From the NCBI GenBank assembly GCA_964252035.1, contig OZ176208.1: a stretch of DNA of 64,000 nucleotides; one strand, given 5' to 3'. Position numbers and translations under genes: made by a program. Below the pieces are notes generated by a model, which saw nothing but the letters and a program-made list of their open reading frames with translations, searched no databases and was not told where the DNA came from. How positions within the stretch are numbered: the first letter of the stretch is position 1; each line of letters begins with the position of its first letter. This DNA comes from Podarcis erhardii (Eukaryota). Below, piece by piece: positions 12,594 to 24,693 of this stretch.

Positions 12594-14270
12594 TAAGGTG
12601 AAAGGGAGAGTAAACATTTTAAAATTGGAAATCCATTGAGACACTTGGCTCAATTACAGGATTATGCTTGATCACCTTCCACTATCAGAATGACCAACAT
12701 CCAAACCTATTGAGTTTTGTAGCCACCTTCACAAGTATTACTGAGAATTTCAATTTAAAAAGAAAAATCAGTCCTAAAAAAAGTTATGGATTTTCTTTTC
12801 TGTGCTGTTTATGATGATTTTTTAAATTCATGAAAAACGAAGCCTGGAAGTTAAACACTATTTATTTATATTATGTTGAACTTCCACAATATGGTCAATT
12901 GCTTTGTTTTCATGGAGAGTGATGCACACCATTTCTGGCGTACAAACGAGCCTGATGTACTGTTGCCCTCGATGCATAGTCAGCTACTGCAACCCAATTT
13001 ACTCATCTGCACACTGTAAATCATGTGTGCTATCTTTCTCTTCATTCTGTCTAAATTATTATGCTTTATTCTCCCTGGCATGCATTTCAGGATATGTTGC
13101 TAAGAACTATTTGTGATGTGTGTTGTGTGTGGATAGCAATGGATCCCATTGGTTCCCTGAAGAGGCATAATGACTGATACCTAAGATGCTAAGATCAGCA
13201 TCTTTTGTTAAGAGTACACACATGAAGGTGTGAGACATGGAAATCAGCAAGGAGTTGCAAATGTGAAAAAGTCAAGGCTGATTGTCGGGATTCAGGTTTA
13301 GCAATGTTGTGGATTGAGATACAAGTGAAAGAGTCGAGTCCACATTGGCTGGTGTAAACAATGATGTCATGTGGCTTTGAACTTGCTACTCTAACACACA
13401 GGGGGAAATGGAAAGAAGCACATTAATAATCTCAAGGTCTAAACCAGGAAGACCACCTCACCAAAGTAAACCATTACTAGGCATCAGAACAAGACAACAT
13501 GCAACGTTACTGAATTGGCATCTATGACTATTTTGTCAGAAACAACATAAAGAACACATCATGCTACTTTTCAGTCATTGACAAGATGCTGCAAGAAGAA
13601 CACGCTCATAAAGCAGTGCCTATTCAGTTAGCTAATATGAATGATGCAATAGCTAAGGTAAGTGATCTAATAGCTGCCAAAGGAAAATAACTTTTGAACT
13701 GTCTGAAAGAATTTTACAGGCAGACACATGGAAACCAGGAACAAGCTGTGACTTCTGATGTTGCCATGGACCGGCTTTTGGAAGTAATTCAGCATAAGCT
13801 CAACAACAGTGATATCCATCAGCTAAATGATGTGTGGGAACATTATGTACTGCTAGCAAAGTGCTCATCTACAATTATCCCAAGCTACATAAGTCATAAA
13901 TCAACTTTTAAAGAAGAAGCCCAGTTGTTGTTTGGAGACACACCAATATTTATGCCAAAGTACAGAGAAACCTTTGCTTTTCAACTTATTTACAATGAAT
14001 TTACAACTTACTTTTCCAAATAAATTATTTTTTTCCAGAGTCCAGAATCTACACAATTCTCTTGAACTCACTAGAATGGTGCCCACAAAACTAGATGATG
14101 GCTTTTTCCTCCAGCACATACTGCGCTTATGATTTGTGGTGTTTTCAAGGTTTACCCTGCTGTCCAGCCTGTTGGTGTTGGTGCTGATCATGAAACTGCT
14201 CTCAGTATTGTACCTGATAGCCTGTTTATGTTTTTGTGAATTTTGATTGAAGGGCTGGTGATGAAAACAG
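12594..14270 (+). mobile_element. Decayed large DNA transposon; left end and N-terminal coding region of an Academ-like transposase (tentative)
   Basis: Broken frame with motifs W(H)xxCYS (~13370), LNWHL*LFCQKQ (~13510), VSDLIAAKGK*LLNCLKEFYR (13658), QLNDVWEHY..KSTFKEEAQLLFGD, and IVPDSLFMFL*ILIEG (14207). The TA-starting candidate terminus at 12594 has no partner TIR. Family assignment is from recalled motif similarity. Confidence 0.55.
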
Positions 14271-14295
14271 GGATAACAATGAACCTACTGATCAG

Positions 14296-14722
14296 TGTTG
14301 TAGAGGGAAGTGAGAGGCAGATGAGGCTTGTCAACCTGGGAAGGTAGACCATCAAGGAGAAGGAAAACTCTGATCTTTAACATCCACTGCTATGCAGGAT
14401 ATCTTTGGGAGACGAAAAGACTAAGGAGTAAACCCTGCACAAATCCAGAGTGTAGTCCCTAAGATGTTTGGATGGCACTTTGTAAACCTCCTTCTGGCAA
14501 CTCCTGCAGCCAAGCTGGTGTCAAATGTATTGCTCTGCTTTCATTTGGACCACATCAGTCAGGCCAAGAGGGGGCTCTTACCTCCATAAGAGCCCAGGAT
14601 CTCCATACACACTGCCCAGTTTTGTACCCCTGGGAGGTCATTTTGGTGCTGCTCATGCAGTGATATGACTTCACCCCTGGAGGTGCACTCCATTGTCTCT
14701 AGAGACAGACGGATGTGAACAA
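14296..14722 (+). mobile_element. Non-autonomous RTE-derived element (RTE-like 5' UTR joined to RTE 3' end)
   Basis: 5' part GCTTGTCAACCTGGGAAGG..GGAGAAGGAAAACTCTGATC resembles RTE 5' UTRs; 3' end GCACTCCATTGTCTCTAGAGACAGACGGATG resembles the RTE terminus at ~4797-4838; no ORF. Confidence 0.6.
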
Positions 14723-16026
14723 TTACTCTTGGTATGCATGAAGCACCACGTGCTTTTTGAAGCCTGTATCAGAGATTTTTTAGAATTGTGTAGTTCACAA
14801 CTTTTACAACAACATAAGGTAAATAGGCTACCATTGCTGAAAATGCAGCAAGATGAACAAGGATACCTTTTCCCAACATAGCAGCAAAATTAGGAATCAG
14901 AAATTTGCACTCTACTATTTAGATTCAGTTTCAGTGTACTTTTATTAATCAGAGAACACCAGGTTACTACTGATTCCTCAAAAATGCCATCAACAAGTCT
15001 TCTAGAAGCCTTTTCAGAATTTTGAACCTGTCTAATAGTAGAGGATAAAGTAAAGCTGATTTTTAAAAATGCCATTTATATTACAAAGCCGTCCCTTATC
15101 TGAAAGTCCATTAGTTGGAAGCAAAGCCCATTGATTTCAATGTGATTCATTTTCAAGTATTGTTAGAGTCACAACCTAAGTGTCAGGTTCTATTCGCATG
15201 GGCAACAATTATGTAGATTTGAAATATGTAAAGCAATTGAAATGACAGAAACAAGTTTTTCACTTGGGAGAACGGCTTAGGGGAAAAAATATGTTTTATG
15301 CCCAGTTCTGAAGAGAATATGATTTTTAGCATGTGAGAATAGCACATGATAATGCTACATTATAATCTTCTTTGCAGCTCCCATTCCATTCCATGCAATG
15401 CAATTTGACTTTGCAATTTAAGCACCACACTTGTGTTTAAGTGCGCAAGAAATGGAGGAAGAATCAAACATTACAAGGAACTATTTAGAGAACAGAATTT
15501 GTTCTTGTACTGACAAACAAAACCATACATTACCTAGTTCTCATCTGGCAAAAAAGACTGTGCCTTACCATTTTTCTCTGTCTTGAATTCACCATTTAGA
15601 TACTGAGAAGCATCAAAATAAGTCACAGACTGAACCAGGCATAGATTTCTGATTTTTCCTACACTAGGGTACAATTATTTCCTTCTTCTGTGATCCCTCC
15701 TCCCTCTCCCTTTTTGCTAGAATTCTTGTGGTCCAAAGATGTATTTTTTAAATTGACAAAACACGTGCATGTACTCAGAAGCACACAACAGTCAAGGCAT
15801 AACCAACCCTGTTCCTCAGGAGATTTTGATACCTGGAATGGTTTCTATCTGTCTTCTGAGATACAGCGGTGTGTGGAAGTATGGTCTGGAGGCTGTGACT
15901 GGGGTGGGGAATTAGTAGTAGTAGTATTTACCTATTGCTTCCAAAGGAGTGGCAAACAACTAGGAAGCAAAACAATACAATTAAAAATGAAACAGAAATC
16001 TTTTAAAGCATTTAAAAAAAAAAAAG

Positions 16027-16410
16027 AGGTAAAGGACCCCTGACAGTTAAGTCCAGTCACAGATGACTCTGGGGTTGCGATGCTCATCTTGCTTTACAGG
16101 CCAAGGGAGCCGGCGTTTGTCCGCAAACGGTTTTTTCCAGGTCATGTGGCCAGCATGACTAAGCTGCTTCTGGCACAATGGAACACTGAAACCAGAGCAG
16201 CGCACAGAAATGCCGTTTACCTTCCCGCCGGAGCAGTACCTATTTATCTACCTGCACATTTTGGCATGCTTTCGAACTGCTAGGTTGGCAGGAGCTGGGA
16301 CCGAGCAACGGGAACTCACCCCGTGGTGGGGATTCAAACCGCTGACCTTCTGATTGGCAAGCCCAAGAGGCTCAGGCTCAGTGGTTTAGACCACAGCGCC
16401 ACCCGCGTCT
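16027..16410 (-). mobile_element. Sauria SINE, full length
   Basis: Homologous to the 2616-2975 copy; probable TSD TTAAAGCAT at 16003-16011 and 16415-16423. Confidence 0.92.
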
Positions 16411-16614
16411 CTCCTTAAAGCATAAAAACATCCAAAAAAATAAACACAGTCTTCCATCTACAATTTGCTTGTGGGTGAGGAAGAGGCATATCTAGTGTTC
16501 ATTCCCGAGGCTTGGGTAAGTGAGATGGGAGGACTAGGTCTGGCCCAGCTTTTCTCAGATTTGGAGCAGCTCCAAAACACTGGCCTAGTCTTTCCTTGGA
16601 TATGTTTCAACTAG

Positions 16615-16975
16615 TGCAGCCTGACCCTGTAGATAATATATTTCAAGGAGTTGGGCCCTCTTGACCCTTGCTCACCAAGGCTTATAAAACTAGCCAGAGG
16701 GAATTGCCAGGGTGGGTCCAGGACGTGATTATTGCCTCTGTGCAAAAAGGCGAAGTGAAATTGGCCCTGAAGATGCACCCTCTCCTTAGGAGGACCTCTC
16801 TGCAAATATCCCTTTCCTGGGCAAGGTGCTCTAGAAGGTGGTGGCAACCCAGCTGCAAGCATGCTTGAAGGAAGCAGATTATCTGGACCTATTTCAATCC
16901 ATCTTCAGGCCTGGAAATGGAACTCAAACTGCCTTGGTCACTCTGGCTATTAACCTGTGTCACTCAGGAGAGAAG
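16615..16975 (+). mobile_element. L2 LINE ORF2 reverse-transcriptase fragment, decayed
   Basis: Translation NIPFLGKVL*KVVATQLQACLKEADYLDLFQSIFRPGNGTQTALVTL matches the L2 RT N-terminal region. Confidence 0.8.
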
Positions 16976-17060
16976 CATAAGGGGTGTGATCATGTTGGTT
17001 CTCCTTAACAGCCCCACAGCTTGTGGTGTCATTGACCACAGCATTCTTCTGGACTGACTA

Positions 17061-17062
<2 letters not shown>

Positions 17063-17095
<33 letters not shown>
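17063..17095. repeat. (AC)n microsatellite
   Basis: Direct read. Confidence 0.98.
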
Positions 17096-17097
<2 letters not shown>

Positions 17098-18744
17098 ATT
17101 ATATCAGTAAAGCAAAAACAAGCAAGTCAATAAACAATCCAGTTCAACACAAACTCATAATCATTAAAAAAATAATTTTTCAGAAATTGTTGCTGAGCAT
17201 TAATTCAATGCCAGTTGACACCATGTACAGCTGCTGAGTCCCAGGCAGCTTCTTCTTCCATAGCTTCAGCAGCAAACTCCCAGCAGCCACCATTAGTCTT
17301 GTGCAGTTATATGATATAGCTCTCTTTTTTCTTGCCAGTTGGCTGGTTTCTGCTCTCAGAACCTCGGTTCCATTGCTCTGCTCTCCCAAAAATCATAGTC
17401 ACCAAGAAAATGTCCAGAAATCACGCAATTCCACCCAGTCAAAATCAGTGACTGAATCTGGAATAGATGCATGTATCAAAAAGTAGGAAAGACCTTTGAC
17501 ACAGAAAAACCAATGACTAAAAGCATGCATCAACCTGTTTTACGGTGACTTGTCTATATCATGCTTGACCTTTATCTGCAGTGCAAACAAGGCATGCATT
17601 ATATGCAAGTTTTGAATGTTGATATAGTAACATTCCTCTCAATGGGGAGCATATCACAGAAAATATATTGCCAGACAAAAGCTATTTGTCGCAATAATTC
17701 CTGTGGAGAATTTAGTACAATGGGGGGGAAATGTAGTACCACTGTTACTTAGCTTTAGTAGGTAATATGTAACCATGTGGATGGTCTTTATTTAAAACCA
17801 CTGAACTAATTAAGTAAAAAGTACATCATTGTTAGTATTGTTGGAAGCAGGCTAACAGAGACCTCCTTTTGCCATATATTTTATCCTTGATTTCCTTTGC
17901 TGGCATGTGCCTGCCAAACTTCATCCATTAACATTTCATTTTCTGTGATTATTCTTGATCTCTAGCTCATAAAGTACACAACATTATCCTTGTCCTGATT
18001 GATATTCTTAAGCCCAGTTTCTGTCCAAGGTGCCTACCTGCTAGTTTGAGCTGCACAAAAACTGGTCCATTTAATTACTATTAACCTCACATCTTCACTA
18101 CAGTATGCTCACAAGAAACTCATATTCACAGCAAATGGCAGTAATTAGCAAATTGCTCTCATATGGCATGACTCGAGCCTGTCACAAGTGAGTAGTGCAA
18201 TCTAACAAGCTGTAACCTGATATAAGCAGGATCTTTTCTATTGCATTTGCAGCAAATTCGGTAATGGATCCTTCACCTGTGAAGTTTTGCACTGGAGTTT
18301 CTTGGCTATACAATTCTGATTATCCCCTTGAAAGTGTAAAGGGCTAGCCCTCCTATTGATCTCTGCAGTACATCAAGCCCACACAACTTGTGACCCACCA
18401 AGTAAAACATAAGCCACCAGCCACAGCAGTCAACAAATGGCTTGATAAATGGTCTCTTTGGGACTGTAAAAATGGGGGACAGGAGGTGTCAGACACTTGG
18501 AAAGCCATCATCATGATTAGTGGCTACATTCAGATTGGATGGTCCCTTTGTACAGGACTGCAATATGCCATATGTTCAACTTACTGATAAATGATGGCAA
18601 CCATAAGTAGCCACAGCAGACTTCTTACGCCTTGCTGAGTGAACTGGGAGGAAGTGAGAAGCAGAAAGAGGGAAGAGGTATCACTGGCTTACAATCCTCT
18701 ATGAAGGATGAAAAACAAATGTATAAGAGAAATGGGTGGGTGGG

Positions 18745-19350
18745 AAAGTATGGTAGCTCAGTGGTAGAGCAACTGTTTGCATGCAGGAAGTTGCAGGTTC
18801 AAATCTTAGCATTTATTATTATTAGTAGTAGTAGTAGGAGTAGGAGTAGTATACCGCCCCATACCTGCAGCTCTCAGGGCGATTAAAACATAAAATCACA
18901 ATATAAAAACACAAAATACATAATAAAAACAACCCCATAAGCCCCTCTCCCCAACACATTTTAAAAGGGCATAGGATGTCAATCAAATCAACCAAAGGCC
19001 TGGTTAAAAAGGAAGGTTTTGCCTGGCGCCTAAAGGTGTATAATGAAGGTGCCAGGCGATCCTCCCTGGAGAGAGCATTCCACAAATGGGGAGCCACTTC
19101 GGAAAAGGCCCATTCTCCTGTTACCATCCTTTGGATCTCTCCTGGAGGAGGCACCTGAAGAAGGTTCCTCAGAAGTTGTTCTCAGGGTCTGGGTAGGTTC
19201 ATATGGGAAATGGCAGTCCTTGAGGTATTGCGGTCCTGAGCCTAGAATGCCCCCTGTCTGAAATCCTGAAAAGCCATTGCCAGTTAGTGTAGACAGTTCT
19301 GAGCTAGAAGGATGAATGGTCTGACTTGGTATAACACAGCTTCTATGTTC
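18745..19350 (+). mobile_element. tRNA-derived SINE (Squam3-like) split by an L2 insertion: head 18745-18812, body 19243-19350
   Basis: Head GTAGCTCAGTGGTAGAGC..GGTTCAAATC and body TGCCAGTTAGTGTAGAC..CAGCTTCTATGTTC rejoin to match the intact copy at 35068-35252. Confidence 0.7.
18813..19242 (-). mobile_element. L2 LINE 3' fragment
   Basis: C-terminal ORF2 motif WAFSEVAPHLWNALSREDRLAPSLYTFRRQAK, AT-rich 3' UTR and simple-repeat tail. Confidence 0.85.
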
Positions 19351-19390
19351 ATAACAGAGAAAGAGACAGACAAAAAGGGAGAGTAAGACT

Positions 19391-19572
19391 ATGAATGGCT
19401 GTAAGTCACAATGGTTATGTTCAACCTCCAGTGCTGGGGTCAAAATATCTCTGGATGGGCTGTTGCATTCAGGTCCTGCTTGCAGGCTTCCCATAGGCAT
19501 CTGGCTGGCTTCTGTAAGAACAGAATGCTGGACTAGATAGTCCTTTGCTTTGATCCAGCAGAGATCTTATGG
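19391..19572 (+). mobile_element. CR1 3' UTR fragment
   Basis: CAGGTCCTGCTTGCAGGCTTCCC..GCATCTGG..AGAATGCTGGACTAGAT..TGATCCAGCAG; similar to 46075-46220 and the end of 49548-49940. Confidence 0.6.
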
Positions 19573-20466
19573 GACAGAAAAATACATTGCTTGTACCTCA
19601 TTCTGATAAGGATACAATGCAGATTGCCATGGAAAGAGTTCAGGTTTTGAGTACATTTATTTTGAACAGTACAGAAGGATTTTATTTTATTTTTTAAGAC
19701 CCATTATCATGTGGAAAAGGATGGCCGAGAGCCAAAGGATGAAGACTGCCAAGCACAGTTCCTGAAGTTAACTCTAAAATTGATTTCCTCGCTGCAAATA
19801 TAAAATTCTGTTTTCCTATATCTTCTAATTTTCTTTGGCTTTGGTAACTAAACCCCAGAGAGAAACGGTATTTGTTGATACTTAGGTGATGTATGAATTC
19901 TTTGCGCATACAGCTGATATGTTTTCAGAAGCCCTGTAGCATCAACACTACAGGTTTAAATGGATGGTTTGGGAAAGAAATGAAAACTCCTGAATACTGT
20001 GTTTTTCAGACTAATATGAGAAACGATTCAGCAGTGTAGAATTAGATTTGTTATCTATCCTTTTCACCAAGATTTCTGCATTTTCATCCTTCCCAGGGAG
20101 TAGCCACAAAATTCATCCTCTAAGCTTTGTTTAATGGTTTCAGGTTGCAATATCCTACACACCCTCCGCTGGAAATAAATCAGTGGGACTTAGTCTGAGA
20201 GACATGTGTAGGATTGTGTAAGAAGCCTCAGCATGGGAATTGATTCTCACACAGTTTGCATGCCTATGTACATAAAGGAGAGGGAGAATGGATGAGCAGT
20301 GGAACCAGATCAAAACAGAAACAATGGCATATAAATTGTTTTTCTGAAAAGACCATTCATTGGAAACAAACTCAAGGAGCAAAATCAGACCCTGGTACAT
20401 AGAACTACCTCGATTTCAAAATGTTGGTATTGACCAACCATTTTGGTGAAATACCAGCATTATAGA

Positions 20467-20817
20467 CAGGGCCGTCTTAAGCATATCCGGCGCCGTGGTG
20501 CAAAGCTCCCTCCAGCCCCCCCCCCCCATTTCCCAGAGTTGTCAACCTTTTTTTAGGGAGGATGGTATTCCCGGCAGGGCTGGACGAGGCGGGCAGCAGC
20601 TGGAGGGTGGCTCCTCTGGCAGGAAAGAGGCGGAGGCTGGCCGCTTCACGCTTCATGCCACGGTGGCCACGGCAGACAGAGGCTCCGAATATGGAGCTGC
20701 TTTGGCATGGGCGGCATGGCGGAGGCAGGCAAGGGCCTCCGCCTCTTCCCTGGTGCCCTCCAGAACTTGGTGCCCTGGCACCCCATGCCACTAGCCTCTA
20801 TGGGTAAGACGCCCCTG
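20467..20817. mobile_element. hAT MITE with GC-rich interior
   Basis: TIRs CAGGGCCGTCTTAAGCATA (16/19 match); perfect 8-bp TSD ATTATAGA at 20459-20466 and 20818-20825. Confidence 0.9.
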
Positions 20818-21934
20818 ATTATAGATATCACTAAAAGTTTTTTTCTTTTCCATCTTTATGTAGTCCCTTTGGGGTCATTGTCTCGGTAAGTGTTGATAAA
20901 TCTTGAGAGGTGGGTTTTGTTTTTGTTTGTTTGAGAAACCAGTTATCGTGTGCTCCATCTTATCCGTTCCTATGTGCAGACATAAGGAATGTCAATGAGA
21001 GTTTAGTGCCAGTGTGAAATCACAACCCTTGTCAATGCTGCACACAACCTCAATAAGCACTCACAGCTGCTGACATTACTCCCCTCTTGTCCCATCACAT
21101 CACAACTCTATTTCAAAGGTGGGGAGGAAACTGGACAACCTGCTCTACAGTGATAGGGTATATCTTTCAGAGGAGGGTGTGACACTTTCCATGGGGATCT
21201 GCAGCAAGGATTAAGGGGTGCAGTCACCGCTTGTGGCAGATGCAGTGTGGTTTCAAAGGAGAAAAATTTAAATCAAGACTCTGAAAACAGATCTTCAGGC
21301 ATCTGCTACAATGAAGGAAAGCTTCCCCAGAACTGCCCCTTCCAAGGTTGTGTGTTTAGAAGGCATAGGGGGTTTTCTGTCTGGCCTTGAGACTATCCCC
21401 AGGCATCCCCTCCCCAGCCACGCCCCCTCTCCCAAGGGCTCATATTTCACCAGCCATGCTTGGTCCCCTCCTTGAGTGTTTTTGCCACCTGGAATGTGTC
21501 CTTGATCTCCAATAATCCTTCTTGCTTCTTCGATGGAAGATAGAGACAGGTGGGGGTTGTACATGCATGGGTGCATGTAGAAATTACCCTACTGTACAAA
21601 AGTAAACTTCACATTCTACCTTTGGCCACTTCTGTCTCTGGCTTTGCCTTGTATGTGATCCCCCAAAGGTTGTTTTAAAAAACTGTTCTCCTTCCCTGCT
21701 TTAATGTGAAGGGCCAAGGGTAGGAGAAAGACTGGCCATCAGTCTTGGGCCATGGAAGCTCAGCCAGAAAAGAATAAGTGGAAAGGCCAGAACTCCACTA
21801 TCTGATAAGCATGTCACCCACACCAGAGGAAGGATGTTGCTTCCGTTTAGCTATTTATCTATTGCAAATAATGTTTTACAAAGTTATTGCCTATTTAAGG
21901 TCCAGATATGTGCCTCTTGCTTCTTTATTCTATT

Positions 21935-22130
21935 TTTAATAATATTTTATTGGTTTTCATTATAACAAACATCTTCTAACAATGAACATTAAGAAATAAA
22001 AAATAAAAAATTGAACTGTATCATTTTGCATAATGTTTGTATATTCAATACAGTACCAAAATTTGGAATTTCTCCAAACCCCCGACTTCCCTCTACCGCC
22101 CTCCATGGTTCCATTATTCCTCTTGCCTCT
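21935..22130 (-). mobile_element. Possible L1 3' UTR fragment
   Basis: On minus, purine-rich GGAGGGCGGTAGAGGGAAGTC followed by AT-rich UTR ending AATAAAATATTATTAAAAA; recalled similarity only. Confidence 0.35.
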
Positions 22131-22872
22131 TTATTCTGGTGGTATGAGTGAAAATCAAATTAGTGTAGCTTCTCCTGGCATGGAGGTAGAAAAGTCTTCA
22201 CTCGTTTAATTTCCATGTTATAAATGCTCAGGTGCTGCGGAAAAGCTAGTAACCAAGGTCTTGGGTCACTTGAATTTCTTACCCACCCACTAACTAATTG
22301 CCTCTGGTGCTCAGGAACATAAGACACCTGCAAATTGTTACTGCATCGCATGCAGTGCCATTATATGACTTGGCAGAGAGCAGCTATCTGTAACCCCTAC
22401 ACAACAAAAGCATGTACAAATGGGAGAAAGCATACAACCAGCAGAAAACAGTAGGGGTGGTAGGTGCACCAGCGACAACTGATAATGGACTGCAGCTGTG
22501 TATATCAAGTAGCAGTGGAAAATCAATATAAAGACTAATTTAAGTCTGTTGTGTTCATAAAAAGTTGCAAAGGAAAAGCTTGTAGAAAAACGAGGAACTT
22601 GGCTTTTATAGAACTCTGAAAGGGGACCACAGTCTCGTTACCATAAACTCTCAGATGACCTGGATGTTCATTTGGTCATCTGGATTTGTTTGCTGAACTT
22701 TATGGGAAGGTTAGACAACGTTAGCTATTTATTACACATTCATTTTTATTAGTTTGCAGAAAGACTACAGGGGTGTTCATACATTGCCTTGGACCAGGTT
22801 CAGATGCTCCTGAGAAAACGTTTACGTGTGGTGATTTTAAAATTCACCACATGTACTTGTACCCTGAAGGTA

Positions 22873-23229
22873 AAAGGTAACGGTAAAGGGACCCCTGACC
22901 GTTAGGTCCAGTCACAGACGACTCTGGGGTTGTGGCGCTCATCTCGCTTTATTGGCTGAGAGAGCCGGCATACAGCTTCTGGGTCATGTGGTCAGCATGA
23001 CTAAGCCATTTCTGGCGAACCAGAGCAGAGCACGGAAACACCGTTTACCTTCCTGCCGGAGCGGTACCTATTTATCAACTTGCACTTTGACATGCTTTCA
23101 AACTGCTAGGTGGACAGGAGCTGGGTCTGAGCAATGGGAGCTCACCCCATCACAGGGATTTGAACTGCCGACCTTCTCATCAGCAAGCCCTAGGCTCTGT
23201 GGTTTAACCCACAGCACCACCCGTGTCCC
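22873..23229 (-). mobile_element. Sauria SINE, full length
   Basis: Homologous to the other copies; TSD CTGAAGGTA at 22864-22872 and 23230-23238. Confidence 0.93.
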
Positions 23230-24557
23230 CTGAAGGTAGAAGTACTCAAACTTCCCAGTGCATTTGCCCCTATAACTTTATGTATCTGAAAAAGTCTGAT
23301 GGGGTTGAGGGGTGGGGAACTGGTTGTTGTGCAAGAGACCAAATCAGCTTGAATTGTGCAACCTAATCTTGCCAGTATGTGATTGAATCCCACCCAGAAA
23401 AAGGACAACCTGGAAGCCCAGTTGAATATTAGAGGAAAATCATTTGTTTAGAAACCAATGGCAATGCAGTTGGGTGGTTCTGTGTGAGCTTTTCTTGCTC
23501 ATTAACTGACAAGCTGGACAACCCTATGCTAGTCTGTTCAGCATTAAGTTGAAAGTAACTCAGCTCCTCAGCAAATGTATATGGCAGTGGAGCCATTACA
23601 CATGATGATTTTAGACATGTCAGTGTGGCATAGATCACATCACAACAAGCAAGACCTCAGGGACATAAAATATTCCAGCCATGACTCCACTTTCCACAAT
23701 CTGCATTTAGCACCTTGGGGGGTCTTGTGTGAACGTCAAGTGGCTGCTCTGGCAGGCCAGCTGAGCAGTGCTGCTGTTTTATGTGTTCACGTTGCCTTGA
23801 AAAGCAAAGAATGGTTGGGAGGGCATTTTAGATGCCTTGCTTCCCACAGCATTGATCTCATTTAGCAGCTCAGACTGGAATTCAAAATCAATATAAATTT
23901 TATTTCAAGAATATGAAAATATTTTACCAGCAGCTGGTGAATGTTGCCTAGAGGAACAATTGTTTGTGAGGGTTTTGTTTCTGCTTTTTTAATTAATCGT
24001 ACAGAGCTAAAGAAGTCCCACTTAAATTGATGGAATGCTTTTGCTCTTGTTTCTACAGCTTTAACAGCAGAAACACTCCAAATCTCAAATAAAGGCATAA
24101 CCTTAAAAGCAGCTTTCTAAAGCATTTCCATACAATTGGTTTATTACAGAGCAGGGGTGGGGATCCTATAACAGCCAGAGGGCCACATTCCCAGATGGGC
24201 AACCTTTCGAGAGCCACACGCCAGCCGGGGTTGCAGCAATGGATATGTGCACTAGGCTATAGTCCAACCACACAAACATGAGAGATTTCTACTCATTTTC
24301 ATCAAACAAACATGAGGCCTTGTTACAGCTGAAAGGACACATTCCACCTAATAAAAGAATTGGGAGGTGTGAAGTAAAGCCCATGAGGGAAGTGGACTTA
24401 GAAGAATGGATAAGGCCTGGGAAGAAGTGTGGCCTGGAGGGCAGGGAGCCTCCCAGAAGCCACAAGATTGCAGGTTAATTGTAGAGAAACAAGATTTAGA
24501 CAAATGGGATCCCACAAAAAATAAATAATAATCCATAGTTGTGTATATAGTTTAGGG

Positions 24558-24693
24558 CAGGCTTCCTCAAACTCAGCCCTCCAGATGTTTTGAGACTACA
24601 ATTCCCACCATCCCTGACTACTGGTCCTGCTAGCTAGGGATCATGGGAGTTGTAGGCCAAAAACATCTGGAGGGCTGAGTTTGAGGAATCCTG
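24558..24693. mobile_element. Palindromic hAT MITE
   Basis: 34-bp TIR with one mismatch (CAGG[C/A]TTCCTCAAACTCAGCCCTCCAGATGTTTT); perfect 8-bp TSD GTTTAGGG. Confidence 0.92.
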
